A DNA stretch of 64,000 nt from the human T2T-CHM13v2.0 reference genome, Homo sapiens, in NCBI RefSeq assembly GCF_009914755.1, contig NC_060939.1. One strand, 5' to 3'. Positions 63,541 through 64,000 of the stretch are shown here, piece by piece. The notes beneath the pieces were generated by a model that had not been told where the DNA came from, did not search any database, and worked only from the letters and a program-made list of their open reading frames with translations. The first letter of the stretch is position 1, and every line of letters starts with the position of its first letter. A program made the position numbers and the translations under genes.

Positions 63541-63769
63541 ACGATGTTTTAAAAAGTACGGTTACATTCTGTTTCCTAAGAAAACACTTAACTGTATTTT
63601 TCTGTTTACAAATGGGTCTGATACCCAATAATTAAAATTATTTTAATAAGCCAAATTCTTCATGCATAGAAAGACGAACTAATACCACATATGTGCTCAA
63701 AAATAAATAAATAAATAAATGTGGGGTTTCCCTTTAAGGATAGAGTCTAAACTCCTAAAAGGCTAAAAC

Positions 63770-64000
63770 TGACTCTCTAAGAACTGTTCCCTGCCATATC
63801 TCCAGCCTCATTGCCACTACTCTTTAAACCCACCCTGCATGCAGTAACAGAGGCCTGCTTGTGTTTGCCTGTACATATTGCACTCTTTGCTTCCCTGTCT
63901 TTGCTCCTGCTGCTTCGTCTAGAAGGCCTCCTACAACCATCCTTCACCTGCCTCATTCTGATTTTTAAAATAATTGGTTCAGTGGTCACCTCCTCTAGGA
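63770..64000 (+). mobile_element. L2 fragment
   Basis: ctgtctttgctcctgctgcttcgtctagaaggcc...cacctgcctcattc...tcagtggtcacctcctctagga. Confidence 0.6.

Overview
Primate (human-like) AT-rich non-coding genomic DNA, most likely part of a very large intron. I recognise no protein-coding exon, RNA gene, CpG island or CRISPR array. Almost every ORF in the track is an Alu, L1 or antisense-GAPDH by-product. The window holds a dense repeat record: the 3' part of an L1PA7-like element (1-2340), a young twin-primed L1PA2-like insertion (33265-34220), several old L1M fragments, more than 25 Alu/FLAM/FRAM elements, MIR/L2/L3 relics, MaLR/ERVL LTRs and DNA-transposon fossils (Tigger3, MER2, MER5, probable hAT-Blackjack). 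It also holds a processed GAPDH pseudogene with its 5' UTR intact but its 3' quarter replaced by an Alu, and one strong CTCF motif. I found no new biological system. The most unusual signals are rearrangement scars: a perfect 44-bp fold-back made from one Alu (8729-8842), several smaller fold-back hairpins, and TSD-less Alus that join unrelated truncated elements. A few candidate minus-strand exons are listed at low confidence. Subfamily names come from remembered diagnostic motifs, not a RepeatMasker run, and boundaries of old repeats are approximate.
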